This document shows, in pieces, positions 5,950 through 13,681 of a DNA stretch of 20,000 nucleotides. The notes under the pieces are model-generated. The model did no database searches. It saw nothing but the letters and a program-made list of their open reading frames with translations, and had not been told where the DNA came from. The stretch is from an uncultured virus (IMG/VR IMGVR_UViG_3300044630_001076) (Duplodnaviria; Heunggongvirae; Uroviricota; Caudoviricetes; Crassvirales), in IMG/VR virus record IMGVR_UViG_3300044630_001076; one strand, 5' to 3'. Each line of letters opens with the position of its first letter. Position 1 is the first letter of the stretch. Made by a program: the position numbers and the translations under genes.

Positions 5950-6411
5950 ATGAAAAATCTTATTTATTTATTCGGCATTTTGTCGATGTATCTTACAATC
6001 TCTTGTAAGCCGGCACAAACTGTAACGGTTTATAGAGATGTAATAAAAACAGACACGCTTCGTGACATTAGAACTATTACAAAGTTTCAAGCTGTACATG
6101 ATACATTAACAATTGACAACCCCTGCGATTCTTCAGGCATTTTAACGAACTTTTATACTAAGATTAAGGTACCACAAGGGAAGATAATAATTCGTTCAGT
6201 ACAGGGCAAGATTCAGGCCACAGTAGACATTGATTCTATTGAGTCTGTGTACCGAGATAAATATAAATCTCAAGCTACAACTAGCACGTACAAAAGCGAG
6301 AAAGTTATACGTACAAATGAAATTCCTAAGTGGGCTATTTGGTTTATGGCTATTAGTAGTGTTTTGTCGTTTTTATATATTAGAGATAAAGTTAGTATTT
6401 TTGTAAAATAA
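5950..6411 (+). CDS. Lipoprotein with C-terminal TM helix, unimolecular spanin (u-spanin) architecture
   Basis: N-terminal MKNLIYLFGILSMYLTIS-C lipobox; beta-rich Thr/Val/Ile middle; C-terminal TM WAIWFMAISSVLSFLYI followed by RDK; directly after the endolysin. Confidence 0.65.
   Translation: MKNLIYLFGILSMYLTISCKPAQTVTVYRDVIKTDTLRDIRTITKFQAVHDTLTIDNPCDSSGILTNFYTKIKVPQGKIIIRSVQGKIQATVDIDSIESVYRDKYKSQATTSTYKSEKVIRTNEIPKWAIWFMAISSVLSFLYIRDKVSIFVK
6396..6403 (+). promoter_or_regulatory. Bacteroidota -7 element TATTTTTG upstream of the fibre/sulfotransferase operon
   Basis: Exact TAnnTTTG match 26 nt before the ATG at 6430. Confidence 0.55.
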
Positions 6412-6429
6412 CTAGCAAACAAAAAGCCA

Positions 6430-8979
6430 ATGGCAAGAATTAGTACATATCCAAACGACACTAATGTTATAGGTGCAGATAAATGGATTGGTTCAGATGC
6501 AAATAATAACAATCAAACCAAGAACTTTACAGCCGATGCAGTAGCCGCCTATTTTAACAGAGCAAGTGTTATTGACACAGGTCAGTTCTCTTGGAATTTT
6601 GTTCCATATTCAACTACAACTGTTCAGTCTGATAAAACATTTTCTTTAGTTGGATATACTAACACTAGTATTAATGTTAATCAGTTAGAAGGTATTTTAA
6701 AAGTATCTTTCTTAACTCTTGCTAATACAACTCCAGGAACATTTATTCAAGAGCAATGGTTAAACAAAATCATTCTTGTTCATATTCCTAATTCACCTAG
6801 TGCATACGGTTTATATAAGATTACAAACATTACCTTAACTGGTAATTTCTATTATTTAACTACTGATTTACAGCAAGCAAATACAGGAAATATTTTAGCT
6901 AATAATCCTGTTGCTTTTGGTCTTTTTGAAGGGGTATCAGGAACTAGTGGTATCTCAGGATCATCAGGTACATCGGGAACTAGTGGTATCAATGGAACCA
7001 TGGGTACTTCTGGAACAAGTGGTACGACAGGTACTTCTGGATCGTCTGGATTTACAGGAACATCAGGTACATCAGGTACGACAGGTACGTCAGGCACAAC
7101 AGGTACAAGTGGTATATCAGGTGATAGATATCGTGGAACATCAACAACTTCGTTTACATTAGGAACAGCAGGTACTATTACAACGCAGACTGGTTTGTCG
7201 TTTACTACTGCTCAATCTATTATTATTGTTTACAATGCTAGTAATTACCAAGAATCAGAGATTATATCTTATGATCCAGGTAATGGACTATTAACATTTG
7301 CGGCACCTAATAGAACAGTTGGTTCAGGAACATATAGTTCTTGGACAATAAACTTGGATGGTGCAAGTGGTGGTGATGGATCATCAGGTACTTCAGGTAC
7401 AAGTGGATTAAATGGTACAAGCGGTGTAAACGGAACTAGTGGTATTACAGGAACTTCGGGTACTACAGGTACGTCAGGGTCTTCGGGTACTACAGGTACA
7501 TCGGGTACATCAGGTGCAACAGGAACTTCGGGAACAACAGGAACCTCAGGTATTAATGGTACAAGTGGGTCAAGTGGTTTTAATGGGTCAAGTGGTACAT
7601 CAGGTTCTAGTGGACTTACAGGAACATCAGGTATCTCCGGATCTTCAGGAACCTCAGGTGCAAATGGTATAGCAGCTGGTAGAACTTATTATTTCAACCA
7701 ATCTCAAAACTCAGATGTATCACCATATAAGGTGTTATCAACTGATCCATCAGGAGCAGCACAGCAAACTATTACCAAGACATTAACTAATACACAGCAA
7801 AATGTATTAGTTCAGCAGTTTTTGACTCCTTCATTAGGATTTTCTGTTATTCCAGGTGGTGTACAGCGTTTTCATTGTCATTTCTTAAAACCAGCATCTA
7901 ATGATAATATTCAAACATATGTAACTATTGAACTTGCAAATTCAGCAGGAGTAGGATATGGAACGATATTAAGTACAGGTAATTCTGAAGTTGGATGGGT
8001 AGATGCATCAACTCCTGTTGAAACAACAGTTGATTTAACATTACCAACAACAACCATTCTGACTACAGATAGAATGATTGTTAAGATTTACCTTAATAAT
8101 GATGATAGCACAACACATAATGTAACTTGGTATACAGAAGGTACATCTTATTATTCATTTGTAATTACATCTGTTGGTGCAACTGCTGGTACATCTGGAG
8201 TAAATGGTACATCAGGTACTAGCGGAGTTAGTGGAACAACAGGCACAAGTGGAACGTCTGGATTAACAGGAACATCAGGTGTTAATGGAACGAGTGGTAC
8301 AGATGGTACGTCTGGTACAAGTGGTGCTACAGGAATTAGTGGAACTAGTGGTAGTAGTGGGACATCTGGAATAAGTGGAACAAGTGGTACTTCTGGAGTA
8401 AATGGAACATCAGGAGTAAGTGGTACATCTGGAGTAAGCGGAACATCTGGTGTTAATGGGGCGAACGGAACAAGTGGTGTTAGCGGAACATCAGGAGTTA
8501 ATGGGGCGAACGGAACATCGGGCGTTAATGGAACTTCAGGCGTCAACGGTGCAAATGGAACATCGGGCGTTAATGGTGCTAATGGTACTTCAGGAACATC
8601 AGGTTTGAATGGTGCAGGAGCAACCATATTTTATAGTACCTCAGGAACAGGATATACCCCTGGAGCTCAAGGTATTAGAGTTGTACCTGTTGGTATTTTA
8701 AGCATCAATACAACATATATTATTAGTGTTACTATTACCGGATCATCAAGATGGGCATCAGGTGCCTTTTTATGGAGGCCAATTGCTAATAGTCAACTTA
8801 GTAACTATGGAGTTGCAGCAGTATATTTCCCAACAAACACAAACATTAACGGACTTGCTTTATACGCAGTATCTACAACAGGTGGTGGTGGCGGAGCTAG
8901 TGATGTAGTTGTTAACTCAAATGCATTTGACATGACCGGTGCCAACTGGAGCTCCACAGTTAGAACAATAGGTAATTAA
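6430..8979 (+). CDS. Putative virion fibre/adhesin with three Gly-X-Y (Gly-Thr-Ser) repeat tracts
   Basis: 849 aa. N-terminal MARISTY...DKWIGSD...TKNFT segment (seen in structural proteins of Bacteroidota phages, from memory); three uninterrupted G-X-Y tracts separated by beta-rich globular domains; beta-rich C-terminal domain. Confidence 0.7.
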   Translation: MARISTYPNDTNVIGADKWIGSDANNNNQTKNFTADAVAAYFNRASVIDTGQFSWNFVPYSTTTVQSDKTFSLVGYTNTSINVNQLEGILKVSFLTLANTTPGTFIQEQWLNKIILVHIPNSPSAYGLYKITNITLTGNFYYLTTDLQQANTGNILANNPVAFGLFEGVSGTSGISGSSGTSGTSGINGTMGTSGTSGTTGTSGSSGFTGTSGTSGTTGTSGTTGTSGISGDRYRGTSTTSFTLGTAGTITTQTGLSFTTAQSIIIVYNASNYQESEIISYDPGNGLLTFAAPNRTVGSGTYSSWTINLDGASGGDGSSGTSGTSGLNGTSGVNGTSGITGTSGTTGTSGSSGTTGTSGTSGATGTSGTTGTSGINGTSGSSGFNGSSGTSGSSGLTGTSGISGSSGTSGANGIAAGRTYYFNQSQNSDVSPYKVLSTDPSGAAQQTITKTLTNTQQNVLVQQFLTPSLGFSVIPGGVQRFHCHFLKPASNDNIQTYVTIELANSAGVGYGTILSTGNSEVGWVDASTPVETTVDLTLPTTTILTTDRMIVKIYLNNDDSTTHNVTWYTEGTSYYSFVITSVGATAGTSGVNGTSGTSGVSGTTGTSGTSGLTGTSGVNGTSGTDGTSGTSGATGISGTSGSSGTSGISGTSGTSGVNGTSGVSGTSGVSGTSGVNGANGTSGVSGTSGVNGANGTSGVNGTSGVNGANGTSGVNGANGTSGTSGLNGAGATIFYSTSGTGYTPGAQGIRVVPVGILSINTTYIISVTITGSSRWASGAFLWRPIANSQLSNYGVAAVYFPTNTNINGLALYAVSTTGGGGGASDVVVNSNAFDMTGANWSSTVRTIGN
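6931..7122 (+). repeat. G-X-Y coding repeat tract 1 (about 21 triplets, GTS/GTT/GSS)
   Basis: 9-nt periodic GGN-ACN-TCN/AGT units; translation GVSGTSGISGSSGTS...GISG. Confidence 0.95.
7360..7668 (+). repeat. G-X-Y coding repeat tract 2 (about 34 triplets)
   Basis: Translation GASGGDGSSGTSGTSGLNGTS...GANG. Confidence 0.95.
8188..8613 (+). repeat. G-X-Y coding repeat tract 3 (about 47 triplets, including GVNGANGTS super-repeats)
   Basis: Translation GTSGVNGTS...GLNG; exact 21-nt duplicate gttaatggggcgaacggaaca at 8452-8472 and 8497-8517. Confidence 0.95.
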
Positions 8980-8990
8980 AAAATAAAAAT

Positions 8991-9326
8991 ATGTATCCGA
9001 TATATACTTGGACAGTTACAAGAATGCAAGTTTTGCTTGATATTGACTCAATGCTTGATGTTGTATATAATGTAGATTTTATTGTTACGGCTGAAAAGGA
9101 AGGAATAAAACTTTATTCTAAAGACTTTAGCGTATATCTTCCACAACCATTAGTTGGCACAGATTACATTGCATATGATGATTTAACTAATGACATTGTT
9201 ATTGGTTGGTGTCAGCAAGTTCTTGGACCTGAATTTACAGAAGGTGTTTATACTAGGTTAAATGATAGAATTGATTTAATTTTGTCTAGCCAAGACCCAA
9301 TAGCAAAACCTTTGCCTTGGTCATAA
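8991..9326 (+). CDS. Small acidic fibre-associated protein (possible fibre assembly chaperone)
   Basis: 111 aa. YTWTV..M...DVVYNV.F...YIAYDDLT.D.VIGW....LG...PLPW is a pattern I recall directly downstream of tail-fibre genes in aquatic phages. Confidence 0.6.
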   Translation: MYPIYTWTVTRMQVLLDIDSMLDVVYNVDFIVTAEKEGIKLYSKDFSVYLPQPLVGTDYIAYDDLTNDIVIGWCQQVLGPEFTEGVYTRLNDRIDLILSSQDPIAKPLPWS

Positions 9327-9332
9327 AATCCA

Positions 9333-10184
9333 ATGGAAAGACTTTTTTTTCAGAGCTCAATGCCAAGAGCAGGTAGTACTGTTCTTCAAAATATATTGGC
9401 TCAAAATCCTGATATATACGCCACCCCAACAAGTGGCGTATTTGATTTACTTCAATCAGCGAAGTTTACTTATAGCACAGCTAGAGAGTTCTTAGCACAA
9501 GATCCAATTTTAATGAATAAGGCTTTCTTATCTTTCTGCAGAGGAGGGATAGAAAACTTTTATACTCCACTTACAGATAAAAAGTATGTCATAGATAAAT
9601 GTCGTGGGTGGGGACTTTCTTATGAGTTTATTAACAAGATACAAGACGATCCTAAAATTATTTGTATTGTAAGGGACTTGCGTGATATATTCGCATCATT
9701 AGAGAAGAAATATAGGCAGTATCCTGAGATGCACAACCCCATGGTTAATTGGCATAATCTAGAAGGAACGACAACACAGAAGCGTGTTGAGCTGTGGGAG
9801 AAAACTGTTCCACTTGGAATATCCTTAGATAGTCTTAGTGAAGTGTTTAGAATGGGTCTAAATAATAATATTCATTTTATAAAATATGAGGACTTATGCA
9901 ATGACCCATCATTAGAGATGACTAAGATATATCAATTCTTTGGTATACCATATTACCAACACGACTTTGATAATATTGAACAGATTACACAAGAGGATGA
10001 TTCTTTGTATGGGCCATTTGGTGACCACAAAATACAACGCAAATTAGAAAAAGTTTCTTCTCGTGCTGAAGATATTTTGGGTAAAGACGTTTGCAATTAT
10101 ATCTACAATAAGCATAACTGGTATTTTAATAAATTTAATTATACTCATGATAATAGCTTTGATCGGACAGCCTGGGGCAGGTAA
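9333..10184 (+). CDS. PAPS-dependent sulfotransferase
   Basis: 5'-PSB loop SSMPRAGSTVLQNIL; IDKCR; 3'-PB motif IICIVRDLRDIFAS; FIKYEDLCNDP...KIYQFFG. Confidence 0.9.
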   Translation: MERLFFQSSMPRAGSTVLQNILAQNPDIYATPTSGVFDLLQSAKFTYSTAREFLAQDPILMNKAFLSFCRGGIENFYTPLTDKKYVIDKCRGWGLSYEFINKIQDDPKIICIVRDLRDIFASLEKKYRQYPEMHNPMVNWHNLEGTTTQKRVELWEKTVPLGISLDSLSEVFRMGLNNNIHFIKYEDLCNDPSLEMTKIYQFFGIPYYQHDFDNIEQITQEDDSLYGPFGDHKIQRKLEKVSSRAEDILGKDVCNYIYNKHNWYFNKFNYTHDNSFDRTAWGR

Positions 10185-10572
10185 AACTACGCTTGCTAAA
10201 GAATTATTAAAACACAAAGATTATTATCACATCGATGGTGATGATCTTCGTGAGTTATTTAATAATAAAGATTATAGCAGAGAAGGTAGATTAAAAAATC
10301 TAAACAGAGCTAGTGACATAGCCCACTATCTTAGTAGAGAAAAGCCTGTTATACTTTCCTTGATTTATCCTTATCAAGAAGCAAGAGACTATTTAAATGC
10401 ATTGCATAGCGATGTCAAATGGTGCTGGCTTAAAACAGATGAGCAAAGAAAAAATCCAGAACTTCAGGTTGATGATTTCGAGAACCCTACAAACTCTATA
10501 AACTCTATAGAGATTAATACTAGCGAATCAATCCGTTCTTGTTTATTACATCTATTACTTTTTGTGCCTTAA
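10147..10572 (+). CDS. cysC: Adenylyl-sulfate (APS) kinase-like P-loop kinase, compact 141-aa form; true start at 10147
   Basis: MIIALIGQPGAGKTTLA (P-loop) and HIDGDDLRELFNNKDYSREGRLKNL..A..IA (CysC LDGD.lR...dlgfs.edR.eN pattern), SLIYPY..AR. Start overlaps the sulfotransferase end. Confidence 0.8.
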   Translation: MIIALIGQPGAGKTTLAKELLKHKDYYHIDGDDLRELFNNKDYSREGRLKNLNRASDIAHYLSREKPVILSLIYPYQEARDYLNALHSDVKWCWLKTDEQRKNPELQVDDFENPTNSINSIEINTSESIRSCLLHLLLFVP

Positions 10573-12562
10573 TGGATGTCTGACATTCAAACATTCGATC
10601 AGTATCTTTGTGAGCTGGGCACCAATTCCAATCGCCTTTATCAAATGTTAAATTAGGATCGTTCCAACATCCGTTGCATACTGATTTATTTTCGACACGA
10701 AAACATTGAAATTCGTGCCATTGCACGGAAAAGTTTGCAATCATAACCACAGGTTTCCCTAATCCCCAAGCAAGCCAGCTAACTCCACTACCAAGTCCAA
10801 TAAAGAAATCACTATTGTCTATGTAGCACATTGTATCCTGAATATTAGGACTGATTATCTGCTCGCAATTATCGAATGGGTTTTCTTCTAATGATACATT
10901 AATTACCTTGTACCCTTTCTCGTGCAGATAGTTAATAACTTCTTGCCATCCTTCTTTGGTCCAAAACTTACATCCGGCTGTTGAGTTAGTTGCAATAGTA
11001 ACTGTCTTCTGCAGTATCAATTTTACATTAGTAGGTTTCCATTTAAGATTAGGCTTAATCTCCTCATACTCTAATCCAAGAATGTTAGTCGCAGCTTGTT
11101 GTAATGGTATGGTATTTGGCAATACAGGCTCCTTGTTTGAATCGTAGAACCAACCTATGTTATATTGTGCATGAATATTCTCAACTGTTGATCCGGGCTC
11201 TACTATTTCTATCTCAGGATAGTCAAGTATACTGTTCCAAAAACTTGACAAAATTACTTTGCAGTTATGCTTTTTCTGAAACTCTAAAGCGTAAGGTGCC
11301 CAAGCAATATTGTCACCAAGTGATTTGCTGTCGATACAAATCAAAACACGCTTTCCTTCTAAATTAAGCGTACTTTCATATATCTTCTTCCCATGTTCGT
11401 ATACTTCAAGCGACCATTTCTCGTAGTATTGTCTGTTTAATTTTGCCCATGAATTGTTTTGAATTGTGTCCTCATAAACAACTTCACCTGTACCTGTTTT
11501 CCATACTAGGTGGAACCAAGATTTGACAGCAGATTTTATTTCAAAATAAGGGCCGTTGACATTATGTTCTATTATCTGAACGTCTTGATCTTCGATTGGA
11601 TTTGATAAGCAATCTATGTAAGTAGTACATAGTTGATTTGCAAATTCCTCTGAATCATCATAAGTAGGTGTTATATAATTTGCCTTGATTGTATTTAAGT
11701 CTGTATCAATAGGCTGTATGTAAGCCGCATATCTTCCGTGATACTGTGGTAGGTTGTGAGCAATGATTGGCAAGTTGTATGCAATAGCTTCACGCAATGC
11801 AAGTGGATTGCATTCAATTGTGCTATTAAACATAAATACGTTAGCCTCCTTTAAAAATGAGTCCACATCATCACGCTCTCCTAATACTCTAACATTTGGT
11901 GGCAAATCATTCATCAAAGGCTCCCAATAGTGTTGGAAATTACCAGCTTGATTTCCAATAAAATAAAATGTCCAATCAGGATTCTTTCTTGCAATCTCTA
12001 TGCCCTCAGCTTGATTCTTTCCTGGTGTCCACAAACCAACATTAACGACATACTTTGTGTCTTCTTGTTTTTCAGATTCTTTAGGGTCAATAGGGAATTC
12101 AATAACATACTTTAACTTTGTAGGCATATTCTTAAATGTAACCTCTTTATGATAACTAGAGCAGAATGCATATGCATCAGGATGAAACTTTCTTTCTTTA
12201 TCCGGATTAAAAAATACATCGTGACAAGTCTCAATAATTCTATATACTCTATTGGTATTATAGAGTTCACTCATCACCTCGTTGTCGAATCTCTCAGCCA
12301 CATCATGTAGGTGAATGATATCAGGTTTAATATTTGCTACTATGTCAAGTAGTTCTGATTTGGTATCACCAAGAGTATATACTTTGTTACCAAGTATTTC
12401 TTTTATCGCATTACGATGCACTACGAAATCAGCTGTGTAGAACTGATATTCTACTACGTGTATATCGTACATTTCGTCTAGTAATTGTATCTGCTTAAGA
12501 AGAAAAGATGGCATCCCTCCTGTAGATAAGTGAGGGGCTAAGTATAAAATCTTGGATTTCAT
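10520..12562 (-). CDS. Fusion of an N-terminal GT4 (GT-B) glycosyltransferase and a C-terminal TibC/Aah-like autotransporter O-heptosyltransferase
   Basis: N-half: PHLSTGGMP, NVGLWTPGKNQ, VLGERDDV, S.IECNPLALRE (E-x7-E). C-half: YYEKWSLEVY..G..IY...L.LEGKRVLI...SKSLGDNIAW, STAGCKFW, FFIGLGSGVSWLAWGLGKPVVMI, and the four-Cys motif CNGCWND...WCP.H.....FEC characteristic of TibC/Aah. Confidence 0.85.
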   Translation of the reverse strand: MKSKILYLAPHLSTGGMPSFLLKQIQLLDEMYDIHVVEYQFYTADFVVHRNAIKEILGNKVYTLGDTKSELLDIVANIKPDIIHLHDVAERFDNEVMSELYNTNRVYRIIETCHDVFFNPDKERKFHPDAYAFCSSYHKEVTFKNMPTKLKYVIEFPIDPKESEKQEDTKYVVNVGLWTPGKNQAEGIEIARKNPDWTFYFIGNQAGNFQHYWEPLMNDLPPNVRVLGERDDVDSFLKEANVFMFNSTIECNPLALREAIAYNLPIIAHNLPQYHGRYAAYIQPIDTDLNTIKANYITPTYDDSEEFANQLCTTYIDCLSNPIEDQDVQIIEHNVNGPYFEIKSAVKSWFHLVWKTGTGEVVYEDTIQNNSWAKLNRQYYEKWSLEVYEHGKKIYESTLNLEGKRVLICIDSKSLGDNIAWAPYALEFQKKHNCKVILSSFWNSILDYPEIEIVEPGSTVENIHAQYNIGWFYDSNKEPVLPNTIPLQQAATNILGLEYEEIKPNLKWKPTNVKLILQKTVTIATNSTAGCKFWTKEGWQEVINYLHEKGYKVINVSLEENPFDNCEQIISPNIQDTMCYIDNSDFFIGLGSGVSWLAWGLGKPVVMIANFSVQWHEFQCFRVENKSVCNGCWNDPNLTFDKGDWNWCPAHKDTDRMFECQTSIKAQKVIDVINKNGLIR

Positions 12563-12606
12563 TTTTGAATTAATTAGATTAGCAGTAAATATAAAAGGAA
12601 AAATGC

Positions 12607-12614
12607 TAAATTTG
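12607..12614 (+). promoter_or_regulatory. Bacteroidota -7 element TAAATTTG upstream of the packaging/head operon
   Basis: Exact TAnnTTTG in the divergent intergenic region 12563-12637, 23 nt before the ATG at 12638. A one-mismatch box (TATATTTA, minus strand, 12586-12593) faces the glycosyltransferase. Confidence 0.65.
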
Positions 12615-12637
12615 CATATTACTTTAATAAAATAACA

Positions 12638-12892
12638 ATGAAAAAATTAGAAGAACAAGAATTAGCTCGCTTGAACGAAACGACAAAAGGTCTTCGTGAA
12701 GCACGCACAACAATCGCAGATATTGAGATTTCTTTAAATCGATTAGGGACTCAAAAAAAATCAGTATTATTTAATGCTGAGAAATTCGCTGAAGAATTAA
12801 ACAACATCCAGGAAGAACTTCAACAAAAATACGGCAACGTATTGATTGATACCGTAACTGGAGAAATCAAAGAACAAAATGCTGATTCGTAA
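12638..12892 (+). CDS. Small coiled-coil hypothetical protein
   Basis: 84 aa, all-helical heptads, ending in EELQQKYGNVLIDTVTGEI. Confidence 0.8.
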   Translation: MKKLEEQELARLNETTKGLREARTTIADIEISLNRLGTQKKSVLFNAEKFAEELNNIQEELQQKYGNVLIDTVTGEIKEQNADS

Positions 12893-13097
12893 AATATCTA
12901 TTGGACCTGATTACAAGAATGCAATGAACTATACTCATGGGCAAGAAGTCCTTGATAAGTCATATCGTATTCATTTGATCACACAAAAGGATGATGGTAC
13001 AGTTAGTATTTTTATTGAGAAGAATACTGAAGTTATTCTTTGGAAATCAATTGCATCAACTACACCATTTGTCCTCGAGTATAATATCGAGTTCTAA
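12879..13097 (+). CDS. Small beta-rich hypothetical protein
   Basis: 72 aa, MLIRKISIGPDYKNAMNY..GQEV...LWK....P..LEYNIEF; overlaps both neighbours in operon fashion. Confidence 0.8.
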   Translation: MLIRKISIGPDYKNAMNYTHGQEVLDKSYRIHLITQKDDGTVSIFIEKNTEVILWKSIASTTPFVLEYNIEF

Positions 13098-13681
13098 TGA
13101 AATCTCCATTTTATTTTATCGTAAAGCCAAAAGATGGTAAGCGATATGATGATGAGCGTAATGGCATCATTATATCTACGTCTAAGGAAGATTATAAAGC
13201 CTCCACTCGTGAGGCTGTTGTAATTGAAACGCCTATTGGATACGATGGTCCTGTTCAGATTGGCGATACAGTCATCGTTCACCACAACACATTTAAGTAC
13301 TACTACGATATGCGTGGTCGAGAGAAGTCATCGTGGAATTATTTCCGTGATGATTTATTTTTTATCGATGATCCATACGCATACAAGCATGAGTGTGATA
13401 CATGGAAAGGAATTGGCCGGTATGTGTTTGTTTCTCCTGTCGAGAACGACCATACTGGCATCACTACCATTGATGCAGAAAAGCCCCTTGTTGGCAAGAT
13501 AAAGTATGCGAATGATGAAGTACTTGACCTTGGTCTTAAAGTGGGCGATATGGTCACGTTTGAGCCTGAATCAGAGTATCCATTTTGGATTGATGGCGAG
13601 AAGGTTTACCGTATGTACACAAAGAACTTAACAATCATATTAGATGAGCAAGATAACAGAGTTAAAGAAGCGAATAATTGA
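13097..13681 (+). CDS. Protein with two tandem GroES-like (Cpn10-fold) domains
   Basis: Domain 1: FIVKP...NGIII...EAVVIETP....PVQIGDTVIVHH. Domain 2: GIGRYVFVSPVE...GI...GKIKY......LKVGDMVTF...SEY...IDGEKVYRM...LTIIL. Confidence 0.65.
   Translation: MKSPFYFIVKPKDGKRYDDERNGIIISTSKEDYKASTREAVVIETPIGYDGPVQIGDTVIVHHNTFKYYYDMRGREKSSWNYFRDDLFFIDDPYAYKHECDTWKGIGRYVFVSPVENDHTGITTIDAEKPLVGKIKYANDEVLDLGLKVGDMVTFEPESEYPFWIDGEKVYRMYTKNLTIILDEQDNRVKEANN

Noticed and set aside
6931..8613. Periodic DNA that could be mistaken for a CRISPR array or satellite
   Set aside because: The period is 9 nt with free third-position variation and no unique spacers; it is a protein-coding triplet repeat.
8151..8627. 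Minus-strand Pro/Val-rich ORFs (8151-8627 and 6852-7097) and alternate-frame Gln/Val-rich ORFs (6911-7162, 7439-7672)
   Set aside because: They are shadows of the GGN-ACN-TCN repeat, which has few stops in other frames; no independent start context.
10063..10146. Hydrophobic N-terminal extension of the APS kinase in the ORF track, suggesting a membrane anchor
   Set aside because: It lies wholly inside the sulfotransferase gene. The P-loop domain starts naturally at ATG 10147 (MIIALIGQPGAGKT), so the extension is probably an ORF-calling artefact.
10492..10509. Direct repeat aactctata x2
   Set aside because: A short in-frame duplication (NSI-NSI) in the kinase tail; no sign of a regulatory or mobile role.
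9333..12562. Reading the sulfotransferase/kinase/GT genes as a DNA hypermodification or anti-restriction system
   Set aside because: No base-modifying or nucleotide-pathway genes are adjacent; the neighbours are structural and the TibC family acts on proteins. Less likely, but not excluded.
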